NCBI GenBank assembly: GCA_030167865.1
Contig: JALAGF010005449.1
Span: 1-56,088, forward strand
DNA from: Craspedostauros australis
Taxonomy: Eukaryota
DNA length: 56,088 nt
Direction: 5' to 3'
This document shows, piece after piece, positions 11,878 through 23,504 of this stretch. Each line of letters begins with the position of its first letter. Position 1 is the stretch's first letter. The notes under the pieces are model-generated. The model did no database searches. It had not been told where the DNA came from and saw nothing but the letters and a program-made list of their open reading frames with translations. The translations under genes were made by a program, and so were the position numbers.

Positions 11878-12880
11878 ATGTTCCTCGTCGATTGGTGGTA
11901 CAGCGCTCTGGCGAGTCTCGGTGGGTGCAGAGAGTGCGCGTTGATGCGATGGCCTCGACGATGTTGGGATTGGAGGAGGATATGAGAAGCAATGAGATGA
12001 GCATTCGTGAATGTTTGGGTGTGAGCAAGCAAGAAAAGGCGGAAAAGAGTGTTGTCCAAAGGCGGCCTGGCGGGCAGCGTCTTTGGGATGCCCTTGCGGG
12101 TGAATGGGAGCGCCACGGCGACGACAACGACGATGACGATCGTGATGGCAATCATCCTGATGATCGTAGTGATTGCGCGAAGCGATGCCATTGAGACGCG
12201 TTTCTGACAAAAAACCTTTGTTGCTCCTTTTCTTGGTTCGGCTGCAATGTCGTCATTCTCGACATTGCCACCACGATGACCCTCACCATTATCATCCGTA
12301 TCATCATCACGGACGCAACAACCATAACAAACCACGCATGCATGCAGGACTCTACCACAAGAATGCCAAGATTTTGTTTCTTGGTCTGGACAATGCCGGA
12401 AAGACCACTCTGCTTCACATGCTGAAGGAGAACAGAGTCCAGGTCCACGTCCCGACGCTGCACCCAAACACTGACGAGCTGATCATTGGCAACATCAAGT
12501 TCAAAACTTTCGATCTGGGAGGTCACGAGACTGCTCGCCGCCTGTGGCAGGACTACTTCACGACTGTCGACGGCGTTGTGTACTTGGTGGATGCCATCGA
12601 CAGAGGCCGTTTTCCAGAGGCCAAGAAGGAGCTGGATGCTCTGCTCACCAGCGAGGAATTGCAGGATGTTCCATTCCTGGTCTTGGGTAACAAGATTGAC
12701 ATGCCCACAGCAGCCAGCGAGGAGGAGCTGAAATTCGCCTTGGGTTTGGTGGACACGTACGGCAAGGACAAGGGACCAGACTCGAGCGGAACCCGCCCCA
12801 TCGAACTCTACATGTGCTCCGTCATCCGAAAAATGGGATACGCCGACGGATTCAAGTGGCTCTCTCAATTCCTGACCTAA
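11878..12880 (+). CDS. SAR1: SAR1 small GTPase (COPII); exons 11878-11920, 12348-12880; 191 aa
   Basis: Exon 1 [15 protein letters not shown] joins [25 protein letters not shown] and GNKID are present. Intron GTGGGT...CATGCAG. Confidence 0.97.
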
Positions 12881-13741
12881 ATATCATGGGCAGAGACACA
12901 TGGAGCAGTAGGCCCACTTGAGTTGTCCTGTGCTGTGGCGGAATGAGCTGAGCAGTATCGGATTGAGCGGGAGCATGAGCGATGGCGATGACGAAAACGA
13001 GAGGAAGGCAGTCATCCACAAAAGCATCAATCTTGCGCCAAGGACGGAGTCCAAAAACAGAAAAAGGCGCTCTTGCTCACAGCACATAGCACACCGGCAC
13101 TCCGTTCCGTGTTTCAACGCGACACAATGCCGGACCAATGGTATCAGTGCAGCATGCGGGTCATCCAATCAGTGACAAGCCGCGCTTCGCCAGCATTGTG
13201 GCCCTACGCAGCCAATTGGACAACTCCTTCACCAAATTCTATCCCAACAACCATCATGGAAACATACGTACATCAAGCAGGACAATAAAAACATTAAAGC
13301 CAAGCTCTCCATCACGCCCTCATCCACCACCCTGACTTGTTTGTTGAAGGTTCCTCTACCATGCACTGAGAGTAGGGGTACGAGAGATTATCTTGCGGTG
13401 GTCGTTACGAGAAGCGCTCGGATGTCGGTTCCGGCGATGGAAAGTTTCATTCATTCGGTCTGTCCACCTCACATTGCCATGGCACAGTGTGGATACAGGA
13501 CAGAATATTAGTCTCTCTGGAATATTCAATTCACTGTCGGCGTTTCGGCAACCTTGCACTTGGAAGACTCTACACTCCTCTAACATTCTCGCTAGGGAGT
13601 TGACCGCTTGCAGAGTACATATGAAATTGATTACTCTACCAGCCCATTGAACCGTAACGTACTCATACCGGATCACATTGCGTCACGTTGCATCACGTTG
13701 CATCACCCCAGCTCTCTTCTTCTTCTTTGATCCCATTGGTC

Positions 13742-14656
13742 TCATCGCCTTGGTCTCCTCGACGCAGTGGTGTTGCCGTACAGCACCGTCTTGACACCAC
13801 CATTGATCTGCTCCTTGATCATCAACATGAGCGCCGCCGAAAACACGCCGCGTGTCAGCTCCGGCCCCAATCCTTGGTACAGACCGCCAATGCCATCCGT
13901 CTGGTACATCTCCCACAGCATGGACATCAGGGAAGGCGGTGGCGTCGCATCGACTTCGTCCGCGTCCGGCTTCTTCTTGCGCGTTTGCATCACGACCTTG
14001 GCACGCAGGAATGGGAACACGGCGATGGTGGCCACGGCGCGCGCCACCATGCCGAGCAGGAAGGCCTCTCCCGCCGTCAAGGACTTATTCTTGCGTCCCT
14101 TCAGCACGGTCTTCTTGACCTGTTCGAAGACGGTGTATTGCAGAGCTGGTTTGAAGCACAGCACATAGTAGGCCTGCAGACCTTTGTACATGTCGCCCTT
14201 CTGCAGGATCGAGAGCATCAAGGCGACGGCGCTTTCCTTTTTGGTGTTGGTCTGGATCGCCGTCGTCAAGCAATCGATCGGCATGGTGATTGGCAGATGG
14301 GCCCATTCCGCCAAACAACCCAAGGCCAGGTTGGTGGATGCGCCCATCGATGACGATGGCTGCAAGGTGATGACGCCATGCATCTGTTTCAATACCGTGT
14401 AGGCAAAAAAGTAAAAGGCCTTCTCCATGGCCGATTGCACAGCCGAGGTTTCGATGCCCTGGAAGTAGACCCCGGCACCCTGCTTGTCGTACAATGTCGC
14501 AGCGTATTCCCACATCCCTTTGTCCTTGTCTTCGTCGTCATCGTCCAGAGCCTGCATGCGAGTCTTGAGGACCTCCAGCGGGTACAGGATGGATGCCGAA
14601 ATGGCACCACCCAGCGATGCGGAGAGCACTTCGGAGGCGATGGTATCTTCCGTCAT
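13742..14656 (-). CDS. Mitochondrial carrier family protein, peroxisomal adenine-nucleotide/PMP34-like
   Basis: Three carrier repeats with Px[DE]xx[KR]-type motifs (YPLEVLKTRMQ, MPIDCLTT, FPFLRAKVVMQ) and GLYQGLGPELTRGV. Confidence 0.88.
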   Translation of the reverse strand: MTEDTIASEVLSASLGGAISASILYPLEVLKTRMQALDDDDEDKDKGMWEYAATLYDKQGAGVYFQGIETSAVQSAMEKAFYFFAYTVLKQMHGVITLQPSSSMGASTNLALGCLAEWAHLPITMPIDCLTTAIQTNTKKESAVALMLSILQKGDMYKGLQAYYVLCFKPALQYTVFEQVKKTVLKGRKNKSLTAGEAFLLGMVARAVATIAVFPFLRAKVVMQTRKKKPDADEVDATPPPSLMSMLWEMYQTDGIGGLYQGLGPELTRGVFSAALMLMIKEQINGGVKTVLYGNTTASRRPRR

Positions 14657-16159
14657 GATTTACAAGAGTGTGGTATGGAGTACTGGGATGCTATGATATG
14701 CTCTGCTGTGCTATGTTGTGCGTGTGGATGGATGGATTGCCGGATGGACGGATGAATTGGTCACAATTCTGCTTGGTCAGATAATGGAGCAGAGAGGCAC
14801 AACTGGCCAATCGGGAAATGCAGCTGCGACGCGAGGATGGGCGGTGAGGCGAACACACACACGCAGAGAGAGAGAGATTGTGGATGTTGGAGTGAGTCGG
14901 AGGTCCCCAGACAACTTGCGAGTAGCTTGCTTTCGACGAATGCAGCCAAGGGTAACAGGCAATGTGGACGAGTATGCGTCTCCACAACCACAACTTACCT
15001 CTTGCGCAAATGCCGGTGTTGTTGATTGAGGTGTTCCCGAATGTCTTGTGGTGAGAACGGCGGCAATGCCTTAACGGCGATGACCGCCGCGATGGTGATC
15101 ATCATGATGGTTCTGTTTTGTTGCTCAGTTTCCGTTGCGTCCATGATGTGTCGGAGGCAGACAGAGCACAACGAAGATTCGCTCCAACGGACGAAGGCCA
15201 GAACTGCAGAATTCTCTTGTTGTGACTTCTGTTGGCGTCTCTTGTGGACGTGGTTGGGTGAGGCAAGGGGGTGCCACCCTGTGCTGATGCATCCCTGTCG
15301 AAGACATCTTACTCTTCGCATCAACCATGGACTCTGTGGTATCATGAGCTTGCCACAGAGAGAGAGCACGTAGATCAACTGGATCCAAATGAACATCGAA
15401 TGCAATGCGTGGCGATATTGGACCGATTGATCGGATCAAGCACGCATACTCCATGCTCGTAGCAACTGCAAGTACATGTGAGAGCGTGCACCCACGAATC
15501 TCCTGAAAAGCAATCGCGATTGCGGTACACAAGACATTGACAATCGATCTATTGCATGGTGCGAATCTTCTTCTCTACTTTGGCTATCCTGGTCGTTTGA
15601 TAACTCCCACACCCTCATCAACTTCTTCCACTTAGTTTGGATAGTCGGACGCATCATTCTGCCCCCTTTGCTTTCATTCTCACAACATGGCTCATGGTTC
15701 TGCTAGATTTCTACACTCGCTCTACAGAATGGCTTGGACATCCAGAGAGACGGACGACTCGGATGATTCGTCGAGTGATGATCTTGAATCGTATCTTTTG
15801 TGACGCTTGTTTGCATGACGCAAAACAAAAGCCACAGGAAGGGTTCTGGTTTCTCGTTTTGTTCTTGTTCTTCTGCAGATGTGTGCGCGCTTGTGTCACC
15901 AACAGTCCTTGCCGCGCCTCCGTGTCGACGACCACCGCCGGCATTGGTTGCTGCTGGTGTTGGTACAAAGAACAAGAAAGAGAACAAGAGCACAGAGAGC
16001 AGCAGCAGCAACAACAGAGAGAGAGAGAGGAAGAAGTATCGGGAAGATCCATTGAGCGACCACATTGCACAAGGCGATCCAAAGTCTGGTATCGAGAACG
16101 ACGGAAGCAGTTGGAACGACAACGACAACAACGACAGTAAAACAAAAGCAGTGACGATC

Positions 16160-16654
16160 ATGTTGACGCGAACGAAGAATCCCACCGTTTCTGTGACGAT
16201 GATGTTGCTGTTCATGACGATGGCATCGATCGGGGTGTGCTCATCATTCACCACGGTTGCCACCAAGGGATCTCGCCTCGATGCAATATTGAACGTGCCG
16301 TCGCGTGCTCACATCAATCGCGACAGGTGCAACCACGAGATTCACGCAGGACAAACTGTGACAAGACTTGCTTCATGGTCACTTCCAGCGGTCGTGCCCA
16401 ACAACGGAAGCAGCGATGATTTGGAGAATGTCACCGATCCAGATTCTGGAACGGCAACAACCATGAAGAGCCTGACGGCAAATACGTTCGCCGCGGCCGC
16501 GATGGCAACCTTCCTCATCACGAAACTGACCATTGTGCTGCTGCTGAAGTTCGTGACGGATCTCTTCGTCTATCCTGCCTTTTATCTGTTCCGTGGATTG
16601 AAGGCGTTGCAGACCAAGATCGCGGCGAAGTGGAAACCCACCGAGCAGCCATAA
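16160..16654 (+). CDS. Hypothetical small membrane protein, probably plastid-targeted
   Basis: Hydrophobic signal ending ...GVCSS|F, then a transit-like stretch and a C-terminal hydrophobic helix (FLITKLTIVLLLKFVTDLFVYP). Start uncertain. Confidence 0.55.
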   Translation: MLTRTKNPTVSVTMMLLFMTMASIGVCSSFTTVATKGSRLDAILNVPSRAHINRDRCNHEIHAGQTVTRLASWSLPAVVPNNGSSDDLENVTDPDSGTATTMKSLTANTFAAAAMATFLITKLTIVLLLKFVTDLFVYPAFYLFRGLKALQTKIAAKWKPTEQP

Positions 16655-19080
16655 TCACGCGTCGTGGAGAGACTGGTCGTGATGGCTGATGGTAGAATGG
16701 TCCTCGTCCATGATTCCCATCCGGCAGAGCATCGACGATCTGCCACAACGCGAGGTCCGAGCAGAGTGTTGTGGAATAGAATAGTAAGAGTGTGGTATGT
16801 AGGATACCACAAAGTACAGATATATAGTCCTGGATGTAAGCAGCATAAGATTATCAGATTGATTGAATGGAGAATTGAATGCTCTCTCGAGTCGTTCGTA
16901 TACTATCTGAGTGCAATTGAAGCTCCTGTTGTAATGTGTGAGATCGTTGGCTCAGAGGATGTGTCGATCCTGTCCCGAAAGTGTCGAAGCACTTGCGCAT
17001 CGCGAGTACGGCTGCAAGTTGTCGTGTACCAATGCGGCAGAGAGTGTGACGCATCGCACAAACCATCAGCAATCACTGCGATTTCTGACTTGTGGCGAGC
17101 CATCTTGCATTGCATTGCATTGCGGATCCATCGACTCTCTTCTGGATCTCTTTGGATTGCTCTGCAGAGAAGATTATTCACAAACAATTCGACCAACTGT
17201 CATGGTCACCCTCATTGTCTTTGTGACGCTCTTTCTGGAATGACTTCAGTGATGCTACGCTCGTATCACCAGCAACACGATGGCTGAAAATGTGAGGGAA
17301 GCAGCGCCGAATGCGCTTTCGATCAGCGATCATTTGAGCCACGAGAGGGTCCGCGGTCGCGATGCATTGAAGGCGCAATTGTTTGTGGATCTTACCGGAA
17401 AGATCTGTCGCTCGATTGGGTAGCATCTTGCTCGTCGTCGGTTGAGATGGATGGATAATGCCTTCCCCAACGCTTCTTCTGGTCTTGGTCGGGCTTCTGT
17501 CATCTTGATGGTGGTGCAGTTTGGACAGATGTTCGTATCTTTGGAAGTCGCTGTCCGCGTGATGCAATCACGGGCGCATCACCCATCCATCAACGAATTC
17601 AGAACATGTTGCATGTGTCGACGATGATGGTGTCAGGGATTACTCTATGTTCCAGCGACAGAAGGGACACTTGTCCGCAGGTATAACTATTGGCAACGAG
17701 AAAAAGAGAGCTGAGTGTAGTAAGGGAGAGTAAGTCACTTCCTTTACTCCAAGGAGGAGGCAACGCACGATGATGGGCAGCCAAGAAACCGCCTCTCTCC
17801 TTGTGATGAAACAAAGGTGCAAGCATCCTCGCTCTGTGAGCGATGATGATGACAACAACGAGCAGACTGCATGCAGATTCGAAGACTCTCACTTCTTCGC
17901 GCACTTCGCGTTTTCGCTATTCTTGTGCGCTGTGTTCTGCTCTATTGTCACTTTTCTCGTGCGAGGTACTAGTACGAGCGCCACCAGTATCGCTTGTAAA
18001 CAGCAAGGGGCATGTCTGCCTCTCGTGACCATGTTCCGCGGTTGAATCTGGTCGGGATCGATGGCGGTCGCCCATGTGTGGCAAGGCACTTGAATGTGAA
18101 ATCGCAAGACAATTCGTTCTCGGTCAAGGGTTGCTTCGGTCGGACGAAAGCAAACACATATATCCTGATATGTCAGGATACCTGCGGAATAACACATGCC
18201 GTACTGCCTCCACTTAACGATTCGTGAAACGAACGCGGGTTGTGGCGGAGAAATATTGGCAGTTCTACTCTACGAGTAAAGGTGCCCAGGTACAAGAATA
18301 CAGGGCACTAAATTCTGTGAACCAGCGTTGTTGAGCCCGTAAGAGTTTCTGCCAACACGGACATGGAGCAATCCCGTAACATCCAACCAAGAAAAAGTGA
18401 GCGAATTGCTTGTCGGTATGCCCGCCAGACAAGCTAACGCGTTGGGAAAATTGCGTTCTTTGAGTCACGAAATGGAATGGCGCACGCTTTGTGCATGAAG
18501 GAGATAGAGTAAATACGGATAGTGAGACAGTGGTACCAAAGCAACGAACAGCGTGGGTGAATCAAACAGAGCAAAGAACGCACAAGGGGAGCACGCGAAG
18601 ACGGTTCCTCGTTCGGAAAGACAAAAAGGAAAACGCAAACACGTGCAAACAACACACCAAGGCGAGAGAACGAGACCCGCTTGCCGATGTTACACGGAGT
18701 TGTCAGTGGCAAAAAACAACACATCAAAACCAGCCACCAACCAGAAGCACCATGCTCTCGCGTGAATACTCGCGCCATCATCTCACGTCTCCGAAAACAA
18801 ACAAACCTGAGGTTCGTTTTTCTCCTTTCATCATCACACAAATGCGCTCGTTCGTGCACATGAACATACTTGTAGCATACTGGTGGAGAACACAGAGCCT
18901 CTCGCTCGGAAGTAGAACACATCACCAATAAAGGAGCGCTCCTGTGCACGACACAATCCCCACGCCGCCACAATGCACGAAGCACATGAAGCACATGAAC
19001 CACCCTCAGGTGCTGCCAACCACAACCACACAAAACCAATTCGGCGCTTCGCTTGCGACAAGAAGACAGTGTGCACCACC

Positions 19081-21546
19081 ATGAAGTCGATGTCGAAGAG
19101 ACTGCTGGTCGTCACTCTGCTGATAGCCGTGCTGGAGTTCACGCAGAAGTTCTTCGTGCTGAACCAACTCATCAGCCATCAGATCGAGATCGAGGCCAAG
19201 TACTCGCACTCCTTCGGTCCAGCATCCTCCTTCAGTCCACCATCGCTGCAAGTCAACGCATCGTTCATGGCATTGTCTCCCACCAAGGCATCGCCAGCAT
19301 CGGAGGCACCACAGCATGACATCATCCTGCCACCAGCCAAGTTCGTCGCATCGCTCAGAGAGAGACAGCAGCAGCAGCAGCAGTCGGTGCAACAGCAGCA
19401 CCAGGACATCTGCCAGACAGCACCAGGCAAGGGAGATGAGGGCCCACAAGGGTTCCAGGCTTTGCGTAAGATCCGGACACAGTCGCAGCAGACGCAGCAA
19501 CAGCCAAATCAGCAGAAGATCCTGTGCATCGTCATGACGGAATCGTCGAGGCACTCGGAACAGATGGTGGCCATCCGCGATACGTTTGCATCACAGTGCG
19601 ATGGTTTCCTTGCCGCCTCAGACCAAACCGATGTCTCCGTTGGTGCTGTCCGGGTATACGCCCCCTCATCAGCTTCAGCATCAGCATCAGCATCAGCAAC
19701 CACCAACACCATCTCACAGGATGAAGAGTGGGAGCGAGTCAAGCAGGTGTGGGACTACGTCGATCTGCACCATCTGTACAACTTCGATTTCTTCTACCTC
19801 GTCTCCGATCACGCCTACGTCCTGCCTGACAACCTGCGATCGTTCCTGCAGCAGAAGTACGCTGACACGGACAACGAGCAGGATACAGTCTACACGGGTG
19901 GCACGGTTGTCGCGTCCAGAAAGATGCCGCACCAGTTCCACTGCGGAGGCGGCGCCGGGTACATCTTCAACCGCAAGACTCTGCGCGTCTTCAACAAGCA
20001 GCTGGCAAAGCAATGCACGAGGCAGCACCACCTGCCTGCGGATCAGCAGATCGCGCACTGCCTGGCAACGAAGGACATCCTGTGCCAGAATTCAGCGGAC
20101 GACAAGCAATCCATGCGATTCATGGAGTTTGGCATCAACTATCATGCTTCGTGGAATCGTCAGGTCAAGCAGACGCCTCTCCTGTACCGCCCGCTCAAGG
20201 ATCTCGGAGTCATTGTGCAACCGGGTCTTGCGGGCATCTCCAAACACGCCGTCAGCATCAACGCAGTCGAGTACGCTCCCCCGGTCAAGGACGCACCCAC
20301 GGTGTCGAACCAGCATATCGCCAACAACATCCGCCGTCTGCATGCCATCCTCAATCGCGAGTGCGAATCCACATGGAACGTCCCCATCGACGCCCTCGAT
20401 GCCAACGGCAACCCAGGTTACATCCACGACGCCACGTACATTCGCAATCATCCGCCGGCATTCCAGCAGCATCCCGTCGGTGATTTCGCCCCGGTGTGCA
20501 CACCACCGTACGGCAAAGGCGTCGAAGGCCAGCACGGCTACGAGGCGCTGCAAAAGATCAGGAGTACGACGCATCCAGTCCAGGGACCCAGAGTGCTGTG
20601 CATGATCTACACGCACTCGCGTCGTCACGATCGCGTGCGCGCCATTGCCGAAACCTACGCCGCACAATGCGACGGGTTCCTCGCGGCGTCCAACAAGACG
20701 GATGCCTCGATCGGGGCCGTCAACATCCTTCATGAAGGACCGGAAGAATGTAAGTAGCGGCACTGTTGGGGATATGAGTTTGGAACGTTGGACGTTTTTT
20801 CGTTTACTCACAGCACTTCACTCTTTCGCTCGCTCCCATCTGGACTATACGCTGTCTGATTCGTCACCACACGCACATGCACATACATACACATGTACAT
20901 ACATGCAGACGGTAATATGTGGCTGAAGATCCGTTCCATGTGGCAATACGCCTACAAGCATTATCGCGACGATTACGACTACTTCCACATCGGCGGTGAT
21001 GATCATTACATGATCCCAGACAACTTCCGCTACATGGTCAGCCAGCCCAAGTTCCAGCAGCAGAATAACATGGGCAAGCCGCTGTTCCTTGGTGGGTCCA
21101 TGACTGACTACCCCCGCACCGACACGCGGTACTGCGGCGGCGGATCGGGCTACACCCTCAACAAAGCCGCGCTCAACACGTTGATCGAGGATCTGTTCGA
21201 CACCCACGTCTGCAGACCGCATTACGCGGCATCCGACGAGGACCGCATCATCTCGCACTGCTTCCAATCCATCGGCCTCTCCTGCATGGACACCAACGAT
21301 GACGACGACGAGGCACGTTACCATCAGGCCAACGCCGAGTTCCACGCCACGTGGACACACGACACACCTCACGTGTGGCGCGCCAAGGAACTGCTCGAAA
21401 GCCACAACATCGTCAGCAAGGAGATGATGGGCCAGATCTCCGGCACCTCCGTCTCGTTCCACCTCAAGGGCAAGGCGCGCGGCGTCCGGGATCGCGGCAT
21501 CCGGCGGTACCATGCCATCCTCAACGACATGTGTCCTGGCAAGTAG
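19081..21546 (+). CDS. Type II membrane glycosyltransferase with two tandem GT31 / core-1 beta-1,3-galactosyltransferase-like domains; exons 19081-20749, 20909-21546
   Basis: N-terminal TM helix; RVLCMIYT, AIAETYAAQCDGFLAAS, YGNMWLK, DYDYFHIGGDDHY and YCGGGSGYTLN. Intron GTAAGT...CATGCAG restores the frame. Confidence 0.9.
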
Positions 21547-22859
21547 GACGAGCGACATTCTACACTTTACAATACTATGCTGCATTTTTAGAACAGCAGC
21601 AAATGAACTGTCCATAATTAATAACAAGAACAAACCAAACACAACACAAACGCACGCAGTCATACTGTACTCTGCACAGGAGCAGGTGACCTGTTCTGCT
21701 TGTTGGATACAGTAGAAGTCTACGATGAAAGTGTAGAGTTGAATGGAACATGTGTGGATCTTCGTCATGGCAGCAGTTGCGCAGGAAACTGTTCGAAGTG
21801 TTCGATGCGGTTCGTCGAACAGGACAGAGCGACTTGGTTGGCCACAACGATCACTCTGGCTTCTTCCAAGTCAGTCTGTCCGTCGCATCCCTTCCATTCC
21901 ATTCCTGGAAAATCCAGGGACTTGTGCGAGAGGGCTACTTGAATCGAAGTAGAGAGGCACCACAACAACAACAGCGACTTCGCCTGTTGTTCCGATCGCC
22001 TTCTTTGTCGCTGTTGTTGTCGCTGCGACAAGCCCCATCGAAGCGAAAAACAACAGCGACAACGAGAGAAAGAGGGAGATGATGGTATGATCGCCTTCGC
22101 CTGAGGGGACAACACAAGAGAGGACCTCCACACGAAGAGTAACAGCGAAAAGGGCAACGCCATCACGCTTCCATCCATCGGGGAGTGCTCCACCACCGAA
22201 GCTACAAGCAACTGAAGGAAGTCCAACTCTGTTCGACTCTGCTCAACTCAACTTTTGTGTGCATCCCAACTCACGGCGACATCTTGTTTCGAATCCATCA
22301 TTCCATTGTCGAGTATTCTGCAACACATTCTGTAAACCAAGCTGCTCTGCACCTGCACCTGCATCCGACCTTGGCCCATCACTTGGCTGGCACAGGAGCG
22401 CGCGAAACGGAGGTCATCGAGTGGTTGTCACATACGGGTCGCACGACTACGCGCAGTGGTTACTGGCAAATTCTGATCTGCAGAAACGAGGGAGGAACCA
22501 GTGGCAAAACGAGTACCACCAAGAAACAAGAAAGCAGGCAAGCAAGAAAGCAAGAAAGGAGGGTCACAGAAAACACAAAACAAAAACTGCTTGCGCTTTT
22601 CGTTCGCGGCTTCACCGACGAAGCAATCCCTTTTCTTTTGCTGACGGCATACCGAGACGAGTAGAGTAGAGTATTGCGGAGACAACGACGGCGACAACGA
22701 CGGCAAGGAGCAGATCATACGAGAACAATCGTTGCAAACAGCAGAGAGACGAGACAAGACTTGGGCATACTCTGGAGAGAGCCTCATCACATTCCTGTTC
22801 GCCTGATCGATCCATTTCCGTTCATTTCATCTCATTGCATCGCATCTCATAGAGATCGT

Positions 22860-22893
<34 letters not shown>

Positions 22894-22960
22894 ACAACAA
22901 CAAACGCAAGATACGAGCAGACCAACGTGAAGACGAAGACTTCTTCTCACAGCACACTGT

Positions 22961-23012
22961 CCACAGCACTGACCACAGCACTGACCACAGCACTGACCAC
23001 AGCACTGACCAC
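22961..23012. repeat. 12-bp minisatellite (CCACAGCACTGA) x ~4, near an (AGCAAC)n tract at 22860-22900
   Basis: Seen directly. Confidence 0.9.
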
Positions 23013-23504
23013 ACTCACGCAAAGCAAAGCAAAGCAACGCAACAGGCGTGGCAACTTCAGCAGATCGTTACACGTTTCAGCAGCGGTGCGAAAGATACAG
23101 AGAGAGAGAGAGATCCCAACAAATCACACCACAAACTGCAACGCAGCACCAGCCGCATTCCACAACTCTCACGTCCTCCTTTCTCTTACTTGCTCAAAAG
23201 ACAGTGCGCACGCAGGACTTCAACGCAACGCAACTTAACGTCACGCAACTCTATTCATCAGAGAGATCTGGGAAATCAAGATTGAGATCCTCCGCAATAG
23301 ATAGAGGTGCAACGTGAGCAAGACTCCGCAGCGAGAACAGCAGCAGGAGCAACCATTCCAGTTCAGAGTGCTCTACTCTGAAGCAAATTGCATCCACAAC
23401 TGTATCCACAGCTACACACTCAAGTACACACTCAACTACACACACAGCTACACACTCAACTACACACACAGCGTTCGCGCGCAGACGCAACGTGAAGATC
23501 CATC

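Noticed and set aside
12173..12347. His-rich N-terminal extension on SAR1
   Set aside because: It lies inside the intron; the true exon 1 is 11878-11920.
16700..18900. Short ORFs in this interval (also 14995-15532 and 21600-23450)
   Set aside because: No recognisable motifs or coding-like pattern; treated as intergenic or UTR, though small genes cannot be excluded.
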